Source of the DNA: an uncultured cyanobacterium
Lineage (GTDB): Bacteria; Cyanobacteriota; Cyanobacteriia; CAKZMO01
Length of the DNA stretch: 64,000 nucleotides
Direction: 5' to 3'
Assembly: GCA_963719515.1 (NCBI GenBank)
Contig: CAVRCJ010000006.1
Location: 435,866-499,865 of the forward strand
Shown one piece after another: positions 1-8,663 of the stretch. The notes under the pieces are model-generated. The model made no database searches. It was not told where the DNA came from and worked only from the letters and a program-made list of their open reading frames with translations. Numbering within the stretch: position 1 is the first letter of the stretch; each line of letters starts with the position of its first letter. Made by a program: the position numbers and the translations under genes.

Positions 1-277
1 GCTCACGGTGCAGGCGGTAGAAGCGCCACCAGCTGAAACAAGCGTGCCGGAAGCGCCACCAGCTGAGACAGAGGCACCAGAAGCACCATCGGCTGAAATA
101 GGCGTGCCAGGCGTGCCGGAAGTGCCACCGGCTGAAACAGAGGAACCAGAGGGACCAGAGGGACCAGAGGAACCAGAGGAACCAGAAGCACCATCAGCTG
201 AAATAGGCGTGCCGGAAACGCTACCGGCTGAAACCGATGCACCGGAAATGCTGCCGGCTGAGACAGAACAGCGCTAG
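1..277 (+). CDS. C-terminal end of a low-complexity acidic Pro/Glu/Ala-repeat protein (5' end outside the window)
   Basis: Open frame from the window edge; EAPPAET/PE(G/E) repeats encoded by ~30-bp and 9-bp tandem units; stop TAG at 275-277. Confidence 0.6.
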   Translation, partial: LTVQAVEAPPAETSVPEAPPAETEAPEAPSAEIGVPGVPEVPPAETEEPEGPEGPEEPEEPEAPSAEIGVPETLPAETDAPEMLPAETEQR

Positions 278-573
278 GAGCTTCAGGAGGTTAGATTCGG
301 GCGATCGCGCTCTTAGCTCAATTCATAGCATCGGCCCCTTCACTGAGGCCATTCCTGGCGTTAAACCAAAAACCCCAAGTGAAGGGGTGCGGCGATCGCC
401 CGTCGATGAGTAAGCTCCAATCTGGGCCGGGTCCCAATCACCCATTGGTCTAGCCTTCAAACCTACGTTTCACAGGTTGGTGGATAGAAAAAGGTATCTT
501 ATCAGATACCCTGATGGGGAAAGCTTGATGCACAACCTCCTCGCCGACAAAGTCCAATCCGACGAGATGGACC

Positions 574-1320
574 ATGACTGACCCCATCCCCACCGACATT
601 CTTCAGGAATGCGATCGCCTCAAAACCCAGCTCGACGCCCTCCGCCCCCTAGACCCCGCCCTCCTCAAAAACCTCCGAGAACTCTACACCGTCCGCCTCA
701 CGCACAACTCCACCGCCATCGAAGGCAACACCCTTACTGAAACCGAAACTCAAATCGTCCTCGAAAAAGGCATCACCATCGGCGGCAAACCCCTTCAAGA
801 CCACCTAGAAGTGGTCAACCACGCCGAAGCCATCGACTACATGCGCGACCTCGCCCAGACCAGCACCCCCATCACCCAATGGGAAGTTCGCCAAATGCAT
901 AGCTTGGTGTGCAAAGGAGATAAGCAGGCGGGAGCCTACCGCACCGTCAATGTCATGGCCGCAGGCACCAACTACCGGTATCCTAACGCCATCCAGGTGC
1001 CCGATCTGATGGCCGACTTCGGCACCTGGCTCGCTCACCCCCACCCCCTACATCCAATTGAAATTGCCACCGAACTCCATGCCCGTTTGGTCACCATTCA
1101 CCCCTTCACCGACGGCAACGGCAGAGTCGCTCGCCTCCTAATGAACCTACACCTGCTGCGAACCGGCTACCCAATTGCCGTTGTCCAAGCCACTGACAGA
1201 GCCGCTTATATTGATGCTGTCGTCGCCTGGCAAGCCGGTCACACCAAACTCTTACTCGGTTTAGTGGCCGACTGCGTAAAAGCCTCAGCGATCGAAATCC
1301 TCGGTCTAGTGAATGGCTAA
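574..1320 (+). CDS. Fic family protein (class II, N-terminal autoinhibitory motif)
   Basis: Canonical HPFTDGNGRVAR Fic motif; STAIEGN matches the (S/T)xxxE(G/N) inhibitory motif. Confidence 0.92.
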   Translation: MTDPIPTDILQECDRLKTQLDALRPLDPALLKNLRELYTVRLTHNSTAIEGNTLTETETQIVLEKGITIGGKPLQDHLEVVNHAEAIDYMRDLAQTSTPITQWEVRQMHSLVCKGDKQAGAYRTVNVMAAGTNYRYPNAIQVPDLMADFGTWLAHPHPLHPIEIATELHARLVTIHPFTDGNGRVARLLMNLHLLRTGYPIAVVQATDRAAYIDAVVAWQAGHTKLLLGLVADCVKASAIEILGLVNG

Positions 1321-1445
1321 CGAATAGCGCTTAAACGAGGCTTAATCGTCTGAAAATGCCCCGACGATATCCCAACAGTGACTGGCGGGACAGCCTTCTC
1401 AGCGGGCACACTGGTCAAGTACAGTGTCACCCAAGGTTCCTGAAC

Positions 1446-1787
1446 ATGAGATTTCTAGTCCAGCTGATTGGGTTCGCCCTCATGCTCCTCGGCGTCTACT
1501 TTCTCGGGCGCAACATCGTCTTCACCACTAACGTCTATCCGTACTTTTGGCGTGGCCTCTCCGCCGATCTGTCGGTACTTTGCCTCGTTCTAGGCGTCGT
1601 CTGGCTGCTGATCATGCCCATCGGCGCGAGACACTTCGGCTGGGTCTTCCTGATCGCCGGTATCGTCTTTGTCTTCGGCAGCAGTCGCGCCATTCTCAAC
1701 CCCACCAGCCTGTGGCAGTTCTTTGTTGCCTTTGCCGCCATGGCGTCAGGCTACAAAATGCTAGCGACCGGGCGATCGCCATTCTAG
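1446..1787 (+). CDS. Small four-helix membrane protein, unknown function
   Basis: Four hydrophobic segments from the ATG at 1446 (MRFLVQLIGF...). Confidence 0.75.
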   Translation: MRFLVQLIGFALMLLGVYFLGRNIVFTTNVYPYFWRGLSADLSVLCLVLGVVWLLIMPIGARHFGWVFLIAGIVFVFGSSRAILNPTSLWQFFVAFAAMASGYKMLATGRSPF

Positions 1788-1940
1788 AAACAGTTAGATT
1801 CGTGGTCCAAAAAGCGATCGCTCAATCGGGAAACTGAGCCAGCAGATCCTTACCGGAGATAATTGTCGAAGTGAACATAAAGTCGCGATTTGACCGGTAG
1901 CGCGGGTCGGTTTTGATCATCGCCGTGTGGCTAGTGCAGC

Positions 1941-4900
1941 CTAGGCGATCGCCGATTCTCGGTCGCCTGTGGAATGCTCGTCTAAGGCCAGTTCGTCCTG
2001 CGCCACAGCCTGGTGCTCCCGCCAATAATCAAACTTCGTAGTATCGATATGCTCCACAATGCCGCCTAGCTGCCGCACCTGCTGCACCATGTCGTCTGTG
2101 CCGCCGGGGCCGTCGCCCCCCTGCCCGTCCCACAGCACAAGCAGCCGCATGCAGTCAATCCGGTGAGTGAGGGCGTTGTACAGCGTCCAGCGGTTGTTGC
2201 GGCTGTAGATATCCTCCCCATCTGGAACCTTGCCCAGCCGCTCGGGCTGTAGGTGAATCGTCGCGTCCGGGTGGTTGGCGATCGCGTAGAAGCGCTCCAC
2301 CCAGCGATCGCCCGCAAAATTCACAGAGTCTTGAATAAAGCCTGGAGGGTCAAAGGGGAGATAGATATCGGCCACCATGCCGCGAGCCAGGCAGGACTCT
2401 AAAAAGAGAATGTCGCCGCCGCAGGCGATGCCGCCGCAGATGGCCCTGCAGCCCGACTGAGCGCCCAAACGCTCTAGCACCGCCTCAATGCGCCGCTTGG
2501 CTTCCGGCTCCATGGTGGCCGGAAAGCGAGGCTTAGGCCGACTGGGGCTATCGATCATGTGGCCGGAGAACATAAATACGGGGGCGGCGGTGTCTCCGTC
2601 GCCCTCCTCAATCGTGGTGCTGTTGAACCGACGCAGCTCTTCGTCTAGTACGGTGCGGCCCGCCTCCACATACTCGGGGCGAAATTCCAGCAGGTGCAGC
2701 AGATACAGCTGATCCAAAATCGATTGGAGGGCAAACTTTTGGTTCCACAGCGCCGTTAGGGCCTTTTTGTAGGCGATCGCCACCTGTATGGGCTCAGACG
2801 CGACGCACACCGCGAGGTCTCCCAGGGACGAGGCCGCCCAAAAGTCCTTGGGGTGGTTTTGCATCTGGCTGCGCAGGCAGAACTCCACCGCCCCCTTGAG
2901 GTCCATCATCTGCTGTCGGTAGGCCGCTTCGTCGGGGTCACCCGTCGGCCCTACCCGCTCCGCTAAGCTGTCCAGCACCGCCGTCAGCATAAAGGCGTTG
3001 ATGCCAGGGTAATAAGAGTTTTGGTTGAGCCGGAAGGCGCGCAGGTAGTTTTCAATCGCCTTTTGCAAAAAGTGGGAGGCGTCGTAGGCGGCTTTGATGC
3101 GCAGCTCGGCCTCTTCTAAATGGAACCACTTGTCTTTCCATAGGTCTTTATAGATCCGAGCCAGATAGGCCATGGCCTGGGTGTGATTGGGCTCGTCCTC
3201 CAGCAGCGCCTCCAGCTTCACGATGGCCTCGTTGGGCTGATGCAGGCGGCTGAGGTGGTAGGCCTCCTCGCAGCGAAACTCGACGTTTTCTGGGTTAATG
3301 TCTAGCCCTTGTCGGTACTGCTTCAGGGCCAAAGCAGAGTTCCCCGTATCCCGCAGCACTTTTCCGGCGTAGGCCAGCACGTCTTCTTTCACCAATGGAT
3401 TTTTCACTTCTTCGGTGAGCAGCAGCACATCGCCGATGCGCTTTTGCCGTTGGGCGACCTGCAGCCGCTGCTGCAGACTGGTGTACTCTTCCCAGTAGCC
3501 GGTGGCTAGAGGGGTGCGCAGGGTCTTGCGGTCAGGCTCTATCAAGCCATCCAGCAGGTTGAAGATGGGGCTGTGAATGGCGTTGCGGTCCGACTCCCAG
3601 GTGGCAAGCAGGGTGCTGATAATGGCCTGCTTATCTTTTTTGAGGTGGGCGGGATCAGGACAGCCGCTGTCATCGCAGTGGTAGGGGATGGTGCGCACGT
3701 TGAAGATGTCGAAGGGCATGTAGGCCCGTCCGGATTGGATGTGGACGATGCCCCGCTTGCGCATGGCGTGGCGGATGCCCAGCTCGTAGTAAACGTTGGC
3801 ATTGTCGATGCTTAGGTCCGCAATCACCAGGTCCGCCAGCAGCAGCTCTTGGAACATATCGGTGAGGATGTCGCCGCTGGCGGATTCTTCGTCGGCGCGA
3901 AAGGGTTCGAATCGCGCCTCTAGCAGAGCGGGTTTGATCAAATCGCTGTAGATGCGGTCGAAGTCAATCCAGCTGCCATCGGCTGCCTGCTTACGGCCAA
4001 AGGGCATCACGACAAAAGCGTGGGGAGCTCCCCGAGGCACGGTGGGCAGCTCTGTAGGCACGGGGGCGGGGACAGGGGCGGGCAGAGGCGCAGGCTCTTC
4101 TACGACCACCGCTGCAGGCACGTTGGGCGGCACCGCATCGACGCTCTTGTCGTCGTCGGCCTGAGGTGGCGCGTCCTCGGTATCGGTGAAGCCGACGTCC
4201 ACCGTGATCGGCGTGATCTCAGGTTCTGTCCCTTGAGGGACCTGGTCAAGTTCAACGGGGGTGGCGGTGGCGGCCTGCAGCAGCGTCTGGTCCGTATCGT
4301 CTAGCTCGGGAATGCCTGAGGGCTGGCCCGTCAGCAGCGCCTCAGTCGCCACAACCAGCTGAAAAAATTGGGAGCCCGTGCGCTCGTCTGGCATCAGCCC
4401 CAGCCAGCGATTGCGAATTAGCATTAGCTCTAGCCGCCGCTGCGTCGCCGCCTCCAGGGTCGCGGTTAGGCCAGAGATGTCAATCCACAGCCCCACCGCC
4501 AGGCTCGCTGCCAGAGGCAAGGCGGCCCACAGCCTGAAGGGACTGGCCAGCACCAGCAGTAAAATGCTGCAGCCCCCCAAGAGCACCACTACCACCCACA
4601 GCACCTGCTGCTGGCGCTGCAGCCCAGCCACCTGCCGCGCCAGCTGAGAAATTTGCGGGTCAAGGCGTTCTGTCAAGTAGCCTTCTGCCAGCAGGTCGGG
4701 GTAGCTCTCGCGGGACGCCGCCTTTGTCATTAGCAGAACTCCGGTGGGAGCCACCTGCTGCTGCACTTGCTCTACCTGGCAAGTTAGCCAATGATGTCGC
4801 TGCGGGATCTTTTGCAGCACGGTACGGTAGAGATAAATAGCCCGCCCTAGGGTCTCGGTAGCGCTCTGCAGGGCTGCCCAGGACCGCCGCTCTCGCATTT

Positions 4901-5183
4901 GGCTGGCGCTGACAAACAGCATTACGGCGGCGATCGCCAGCCCAATCGCGCCCACGCTGAGACCCAACGCCGAAGATGCCTTAGGGGAAGACAGCAGCGC
5001 CAAGAAAATTGCCCCTAACAGCAGCGTCATCCAAGCCGCTTGGACGAGCAGATATTTTCGAAAGGAGTCGCGACCGCTCTTTTGAAGCTGGATATAGAGC
5101 TGCCAAGCATCGGCCAACAGTGAGGAATCGGAGGGGCGATGGCGTTGCGTCATAGGTGTTGAAGGTGAGAAGGGTAGCTGCAT
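1941..5183 (-). CDS. Multidomain conflict protein: two SLATT-like 2TM units, DRHyd/nucleoside-deoxyribosyltransferase-like domain, TPR (DUF4071/TPR-S-like) region, C-terminal SLOG-like domain
   Basis: Four N-terminal TM helices with SLATT-like WAALQSATETLGRAIYLY; AFVVMPFG...ADLVIADLSIDNANVYYELGIRHA; TPR helices with YYPGINA; C-terminal FSGHMID, ACGGDILF and WDGQGGDGPGGT. Confidence 0.8.
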   Translation of the reverse strand: MQLPFSPSTPMTQRHRPSDSSLLADAWQLYIQLQKSGRDSFRKYLLVQAAWMTLLLGAIFLALLSSPKASSALGLSVGAIGLAIAAVMLFVSASQMRERRSWAALQSATETLGRAIYLYRTVLQKIPQRHHWLTCQVEQVQQQVAPTGVLLMTKAASRESYPDLLAEGYLTERLDPQISQLARQVAGLQRQQQVLWVVVVLLGGCSILLLVLASPFRLWAALPLAASLAVGLWIDISGLTATLEAATQRRLELMLIRNRWLGLMPDERTGSQFFQLVVATEALLTGQPSGIPELDDTDQTLLQAATATPVELDQVPQGTEPEITPITVDVGFTDTEDAPPQADDDKSVDAVPPNVPAAVVVEEPAPLPAPVPAPVPTELPTVPRGAPHAFVVMPFGRKQAADGSWIDFDRIYSDLIKPALLEARFEPFRADEESASGDILTDMFQELLLADLVIADLSIDNANVYYELGIRHAMRKRGIVHIQSGRAYMPFDIFNVRTIPYHCDDSGCPDPAHLKKDKQAIISTLLATWESDRNAIHSPIFNLLDGLIEPDRKTLRTPLATGYWEEYTSLQQRLQVAQRQKRIGDVLLLTEEVKNPLVKEDVLAYAGKVLRDTGNSALALKQYRQGLDINPENVEFRCEEAYHLSRLHQPNEAIVKLEALLEDEPNHTQAMAYLARIYKDLWKDKWFHLEEAELRIKAAYDASHFLQKAIENYLRAFRLNQNSYYPGINAFMLTAVLDSLAERVGPTGDPDEAAYRQQMMDLKGAVEFCLRSQMQNHPKDFWAASSLGDLAVCVASEPIQVAIAYKKALTALWNQKFALQSILDQLYLLHLLEFRPEYVEAGRTVLDEELRRFNSTTIEEGDGDTAAPVFMFSGHMIDSPSRPKPRFPATMEPEAKRRIEAVLERLGAQSGCRAICGGIACGGDILFLESCLARGMVADIYLPFDPPGFIQDSVNFAGDRWVERFYAIANHPDATIHLQPERLGKVPDGEDIYSRNNRWTLYNALTHRIDCMRLLVLWDGQGGDGPGGTDDMVQQVRQLGGIVEHIDTTKFDYWREHQAVAQDELALDEHSTGDRESAIA

Positions 5184-5359
5184 AGGGCTGTGGGAGAGCG
5201 GTAGCTCCTATTTAGAGTGCTACTGTTTAGCCCGACCACAGTGACGTTACTGAACTTCTAAGGCGGAGCCTCCCGCAGTTGGGATTCGCCGATAAATTAC
5301 CTGCACCCTTTTCGCTTGTTTGTTAGGACACTGACTTTAGCAGCATCCCCTTAGACCGC

Positions 5360-5542
5360 TTAATGCCCCGCCATCTTTTGAATGACCGACGTTTGCTGCT
5401 CAATCACTGAGGTCTGCTGTTGAGATAGCGCAATCAGAGACGCAATTGATTCCTGCTGCACCAGCTGCAGCGATCGCAGCTCGCTGATCTCTTGCCTTAG
5501 GGACTGAATTTGAGCCTGTACGTCGTCTTGAGAAAATTCCAT
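5360..5542 (-). CDS. 60-aa coiled-coil protein
   Basis: Gln/Leu/Ile heptads; co-oriented between the two SLATT genes. Confidence 0.6.
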   Translation of the reverse strand: MEFSQDDVQAQIQSLRQEISELRSLQLVQQESIASLIALSQQQTSVIEQQTSVIQKMAGH

Positions 5543-5593
5543 AGTTGTCCCAAACCTGTTGGTTATTTTACATAAAGCCAGCGGCGACGCGTG

Positions 5594-7015
5594 CTAAGCC
5601 ACGATGCGCGCCTTGGCCCGGTCGATGTACTTAGAGAATACATCCCAGCCATGGTAGCCGCCATTGACTAGCTTACGTACGCGCCGCCAGTCTCCGGCCC
5701 GGGCCGCTGTCGCGACGCCCCGGTCTTTGAAGTAGCAGGCCAGCACTTTAGCCGAAACTTCAGGATCCATCGCCAGATCGGGGTTGTTTTCTAAGTCAAC
5801 GCCGAGCTTTTTACCGTAGGTGCGGTAGTTTGCCCGGCCCGTCAGCTGAATATAGCCCCGCCCGTGGTAGCGAACCCCATCGCCGGGGTGAATATTCCCC
5901 AGATCTTTGCGGCCTTCGTAGCGTTTCCAGTATTTCTCCCCCCCCCATTCATGAACGGGTTTCATTCCCGAGGTTTCGACGCGGATAGTGGCTAGCATGC
6001 CGATGAGCACGTGTTTGTCGAGGATGTCGTAGTCCTGCAGCGCCGCGAGAATGCCGGGAAGATACTTGCGGCAGTCTTCTAGCGGGCATTCCAGCACTTG
6101 CGACACCTCTTCCGCTGTTGCCAGCTGGGGCACTGAAGCTACGGCCCCATTTCCGCTACGGATTCTCTGGCCGGCTCCATTGCCATTGGCTACTGGCTTT
6201 GTCTGGTTCACAAGCGCCCGAAGCGCGTCGAGATCAACCTCCTCTTCCCAGGGCATCGCCGCAGCCCCCAGTGGCGGCAGCCCCTTCAACGGGTCTAGGC
6301 CATTGGGGGCTGCGGTCCCGTTTGCTACCGGCTCGCTGGCGTCGCCATCAGAAGAATGGGCCAGTCTTTGGCGTTCCTCTAACTGTCGGCGCTCTTCTAG
6401 CTGCTGCGCTCGCTCGAGCTGGACGTTAACGTTTCGCAGGGCGGCCTCGGCATTGAGCTGGGCCTCTTTAGCTGCGAGTTTATCTTCGTCCTGCTTTTCG
6501 TCTAAGCGAGCGAGGAATCCTTGGACATCCTGCTGGATGTATTGCTCGACGCGATTGGCAAAAGCGGTGTAGGCCTCGCTGTGGCTTTCAAACTGGTGAT
6601 AGGGACCGGAGAGCTGGAAAAACTGCCACCCTTCAATCTTCATCCCCTCCGCCGTGTTGCGGTAGTCACGGTATTTGTCGCCGTGGCCGAAGAACTCCTC
6701 CACCGCCGCCGAAACGGCAACGATCTGACTGAGCCCCAAAGCCGTCCATCCGACAGCGTTTTGAAAGCGCTGGTTTTCTTCGCCGGGACTGCGGAAGCTG
6801 ATTAGCGCCGGCACTAAAACGCCGCCGACAATGGTGATCATTCGTAGGGTATGGTGGCGGTTGCGCTCTTTAGTGGCCCGGCCCTCTAGCCACATCAGCT
6901 GATCCAGCCAGCGATTTTTGAGAAACTCTTTGCGCAACTCGGAGATATCTAGACGATCGACGATACCGCCCAGGGTGTTCTTGAGATAGTTTCGGTAGTC
7001 ATTCTTCTTGCCCAT
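5594..7015 (-). CDS. DUF4231/SLATT 2TM domain fused to a C-terminal glycoside hydrolase family 19 (chitinase/endolysin-like) domain
   Basis: N-terminal RWLDQLMWLE, two TM helices and YRNTAEGMKIEGWQFFQLSGPY; C-terminal ATIRVET, YEGRKDLGN, YHGRGYIQLTGRANY, VNGG. Confidence 0.85.
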   Translation of the reverse strand: MGKKNDYRNYLKNTLGGIVDRLDISELRKEFLKNRWLDQLMWLEGRATKERNRHHTLRMITIVGGVLVPALISFRSPGEENQRFQNAVGWTALGLSQIVAVSAAVEEFFGHGDKYRDYRNTAEGMKIEGWQFFQLSGPYHQFESHSEAYTAFANRVEQYIQQDVQGFLARLDEKQDEDKLAAKEAQLNAEAALRNVNVQLERAQQLEERRQLEERQRLAHSSDGDASEPVANGTAAPNGLDPLKGLPPLGAAAMPWEEEVDLDALRALVNQTKPVANGNGAGQRIRSGNGAVASVPQLATAEEVSQVLECPLEDCRKYLPGILAALQDYDILDKHVLIGMLATIRVETSGMKPVHEWGGEKYWKRYEGRKDLGNIHPGDGVRYHGRGYIQLTGRANYRTYGKKLGVDLENNPDLAMDPEVSAKVLACYFKDRGVATAARAGDWRRVRKLVNGGYHGWDVFSKYIDRAKARIVA

Positions 7016-7454
7016 ATGCCTTTAATCCCAAGTGCTTATCGTTAAACTAGCGCAATTGTGAAGGGCGATCGCGCTCCAGCGCGTTTGCGTAGAACATCCG
7101 AGCTGTAGATGGTCCGACGGTTTTCGCCGAACTTCGCAAATACTGCAGGAAAGTCACAAAAATTCACGTCTTCAAAATCTTAAAAAGTGAAACCTGCTTT
7201 AGAGAATCAATACCTAAAAATACGCTGCTCCACTAAAAATCTCAAGCGGCTGCAGATATTTCCATGAACTTACGTTTCGATGCTTTAGGGGTATTTACCA
7301 AAACTTTATTTCGCTCAGGCTATAGTGCAAATATCTTGCTTTGCCTTGAGGCCGCCTTCCTCGAGGCTAGAGCCAGGATTATTGCCCAGAACGGTGTAAT
7401 AAGCCGTGCTAATGCGGGCGATTGTGCAACTACCGCTTAGGCTCCCCAATCGTC

Positions 7455-8648
7455 ATGAATCTTCACCTTAACGTCCTCCAGCCTCAGTACGAGCGAGCGT
7501 TTCTCAACTGCGCTATTCGGTCCGACAGTCAGTCGCAGGTCGAGGCGATCGCCAATCAGATGGTTGGGCTGCGATCGCATTACGAAGCCGTAGAAGCAGA
7601 GACGGGAGTGCCCTGGTGGTTTGCCGGGATTTTGCACTACCGGGAGTGGAATTTTCGGGAGCCTGAGCTGTTTGAGCGTAAAGCAGCAGAGGTTTTGATT
7701 GCCAAAAACTATCATCAGGCCCGTACGCGCACCTTAGGAGCCTACCTGTGGGGCTTTGACCTTTGGAACGGGTTTCGAGACGGCTCGGGTGAAGACTCCT
7801 CCTGGGTGTGGGCGGGCACCAACATTCTTGAAGAGGACACCCAAAAAATTGGGGTTGCCGCCATCCTGGTGTATCTGCAGAAGAGGAATATCATCGACAT
7901 GCCTAAGCCCCAAAAGGGGGCGCGGCTGATAGTGCTTGCAGATACCACCTTTAAGGTCCGGCCCGAGCAGTCCTACCGCCTGAAGTCAGACGAGAAGATG
8001 GTCGTCAAGGCGGGGACTCAGCTCGAGGTGCTAGAAGACGATCCAGCGGAGGGCAACCACACCAAAATTGTGCTCCCCGATGGGGTACTGATGGGGCAGG
8101 ATAGCCGCAGTGACTGGTATGTGTTCAGAGGGCATGTGTCCATGGAGGGCACTGATCCAAAAAATCAGCCCAAGGACGAGCCCGAGGAGCCTGTCGCCTC
8201 GGTGGCTTCTGAAGACAAAGGAAACCCCATTACGGTGCCTAAGCTGGGCACCGTGTATCTCGGCAACCCCATCTTAGAAGGGGGGCATTTTAGCTGGGCT
8301 GAGGCCACTAAAAACGGGGCCCGCATTCCCGTAGACGGGGGGGTTGTGGACGGCATCCTTAAAATTGCTGAGGTGATGGAAGAGGTGCGGGAGCATCTGG
8401 GCGATCGCTCCATTCGGGTTAACTCCTGGTACCGCGACCCGGTAACCAACCGCCGCGTGGGGGGAGCCAGCAAATCGCGCCACCTGAGCGGCGATGCGGT
8501 GGACTTTGTGGTGTCAGGCATCTCTCCGCCTCAGGTGAATCGTCAGCTCGAGTCCTGGTGGAACAGCCAGGGCGGTCTGGCCAGCGCCAGCAGCTTTACC
8601 CACCTCGACGCTCGCGGCTATCGCGCCCGCTGGTCATACGGATTTTAG
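7455..8648 (+). CDS. Lysozyme-like domain + SH3-like linker domain + peptidase M15A (Zn D-Ala-D-Ala carboxypeptidase-like) fusion
   Basis: YEAVEAETGVPWWFAGILHYRE; C-terminal VNSWYR, SRHLSGDAVD and FTHLD zinc-ligand motifs; ATG at 7455. Confidence 0.8.
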   Translation: MNLHLNVLQPQYERAFLNCAIRSDSQSQVEAIANQMVGLRSHYEAVEAETGVPWWFAGILHYREWNFREPELFERKAAEVLIAKNYHQARTRTLGAYLWGFDLWNGFRDGSGEDSSWVWAGTNILEEDTQKIGVAAILVYLQKRNIIDMPKPQKGARLIVLADTTFKVRPEQSYRLKSDEKMVVKAGTQLEVLEDDPAEGNHTKIVLPDGVLMGQDSRSDWYVFRGHVSMEGTDPKNQPKDEPEEPVASVASEDKGNPITVPKLGTVYLGNPILEGGHFSWAEATKNGARIPVDGGVVDGILKIAEVMEEVREHLGDRSIRVNSWYRDPVTNRRVGGASKSRHLSGDAVDFVVSGISPPQVNRQLESWWNSQGGLASASSFTHLDARGYRARWSYGF

Positions 8649-8663
8649 TTAGAAAAAGTAGCC

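Noticed and set aside
5594..8648. Prophage lysis cassette
   Set aside because: No structural, terminase, integrase or spanin genes; HIP1 sites and host-like composition in the surrounding locus
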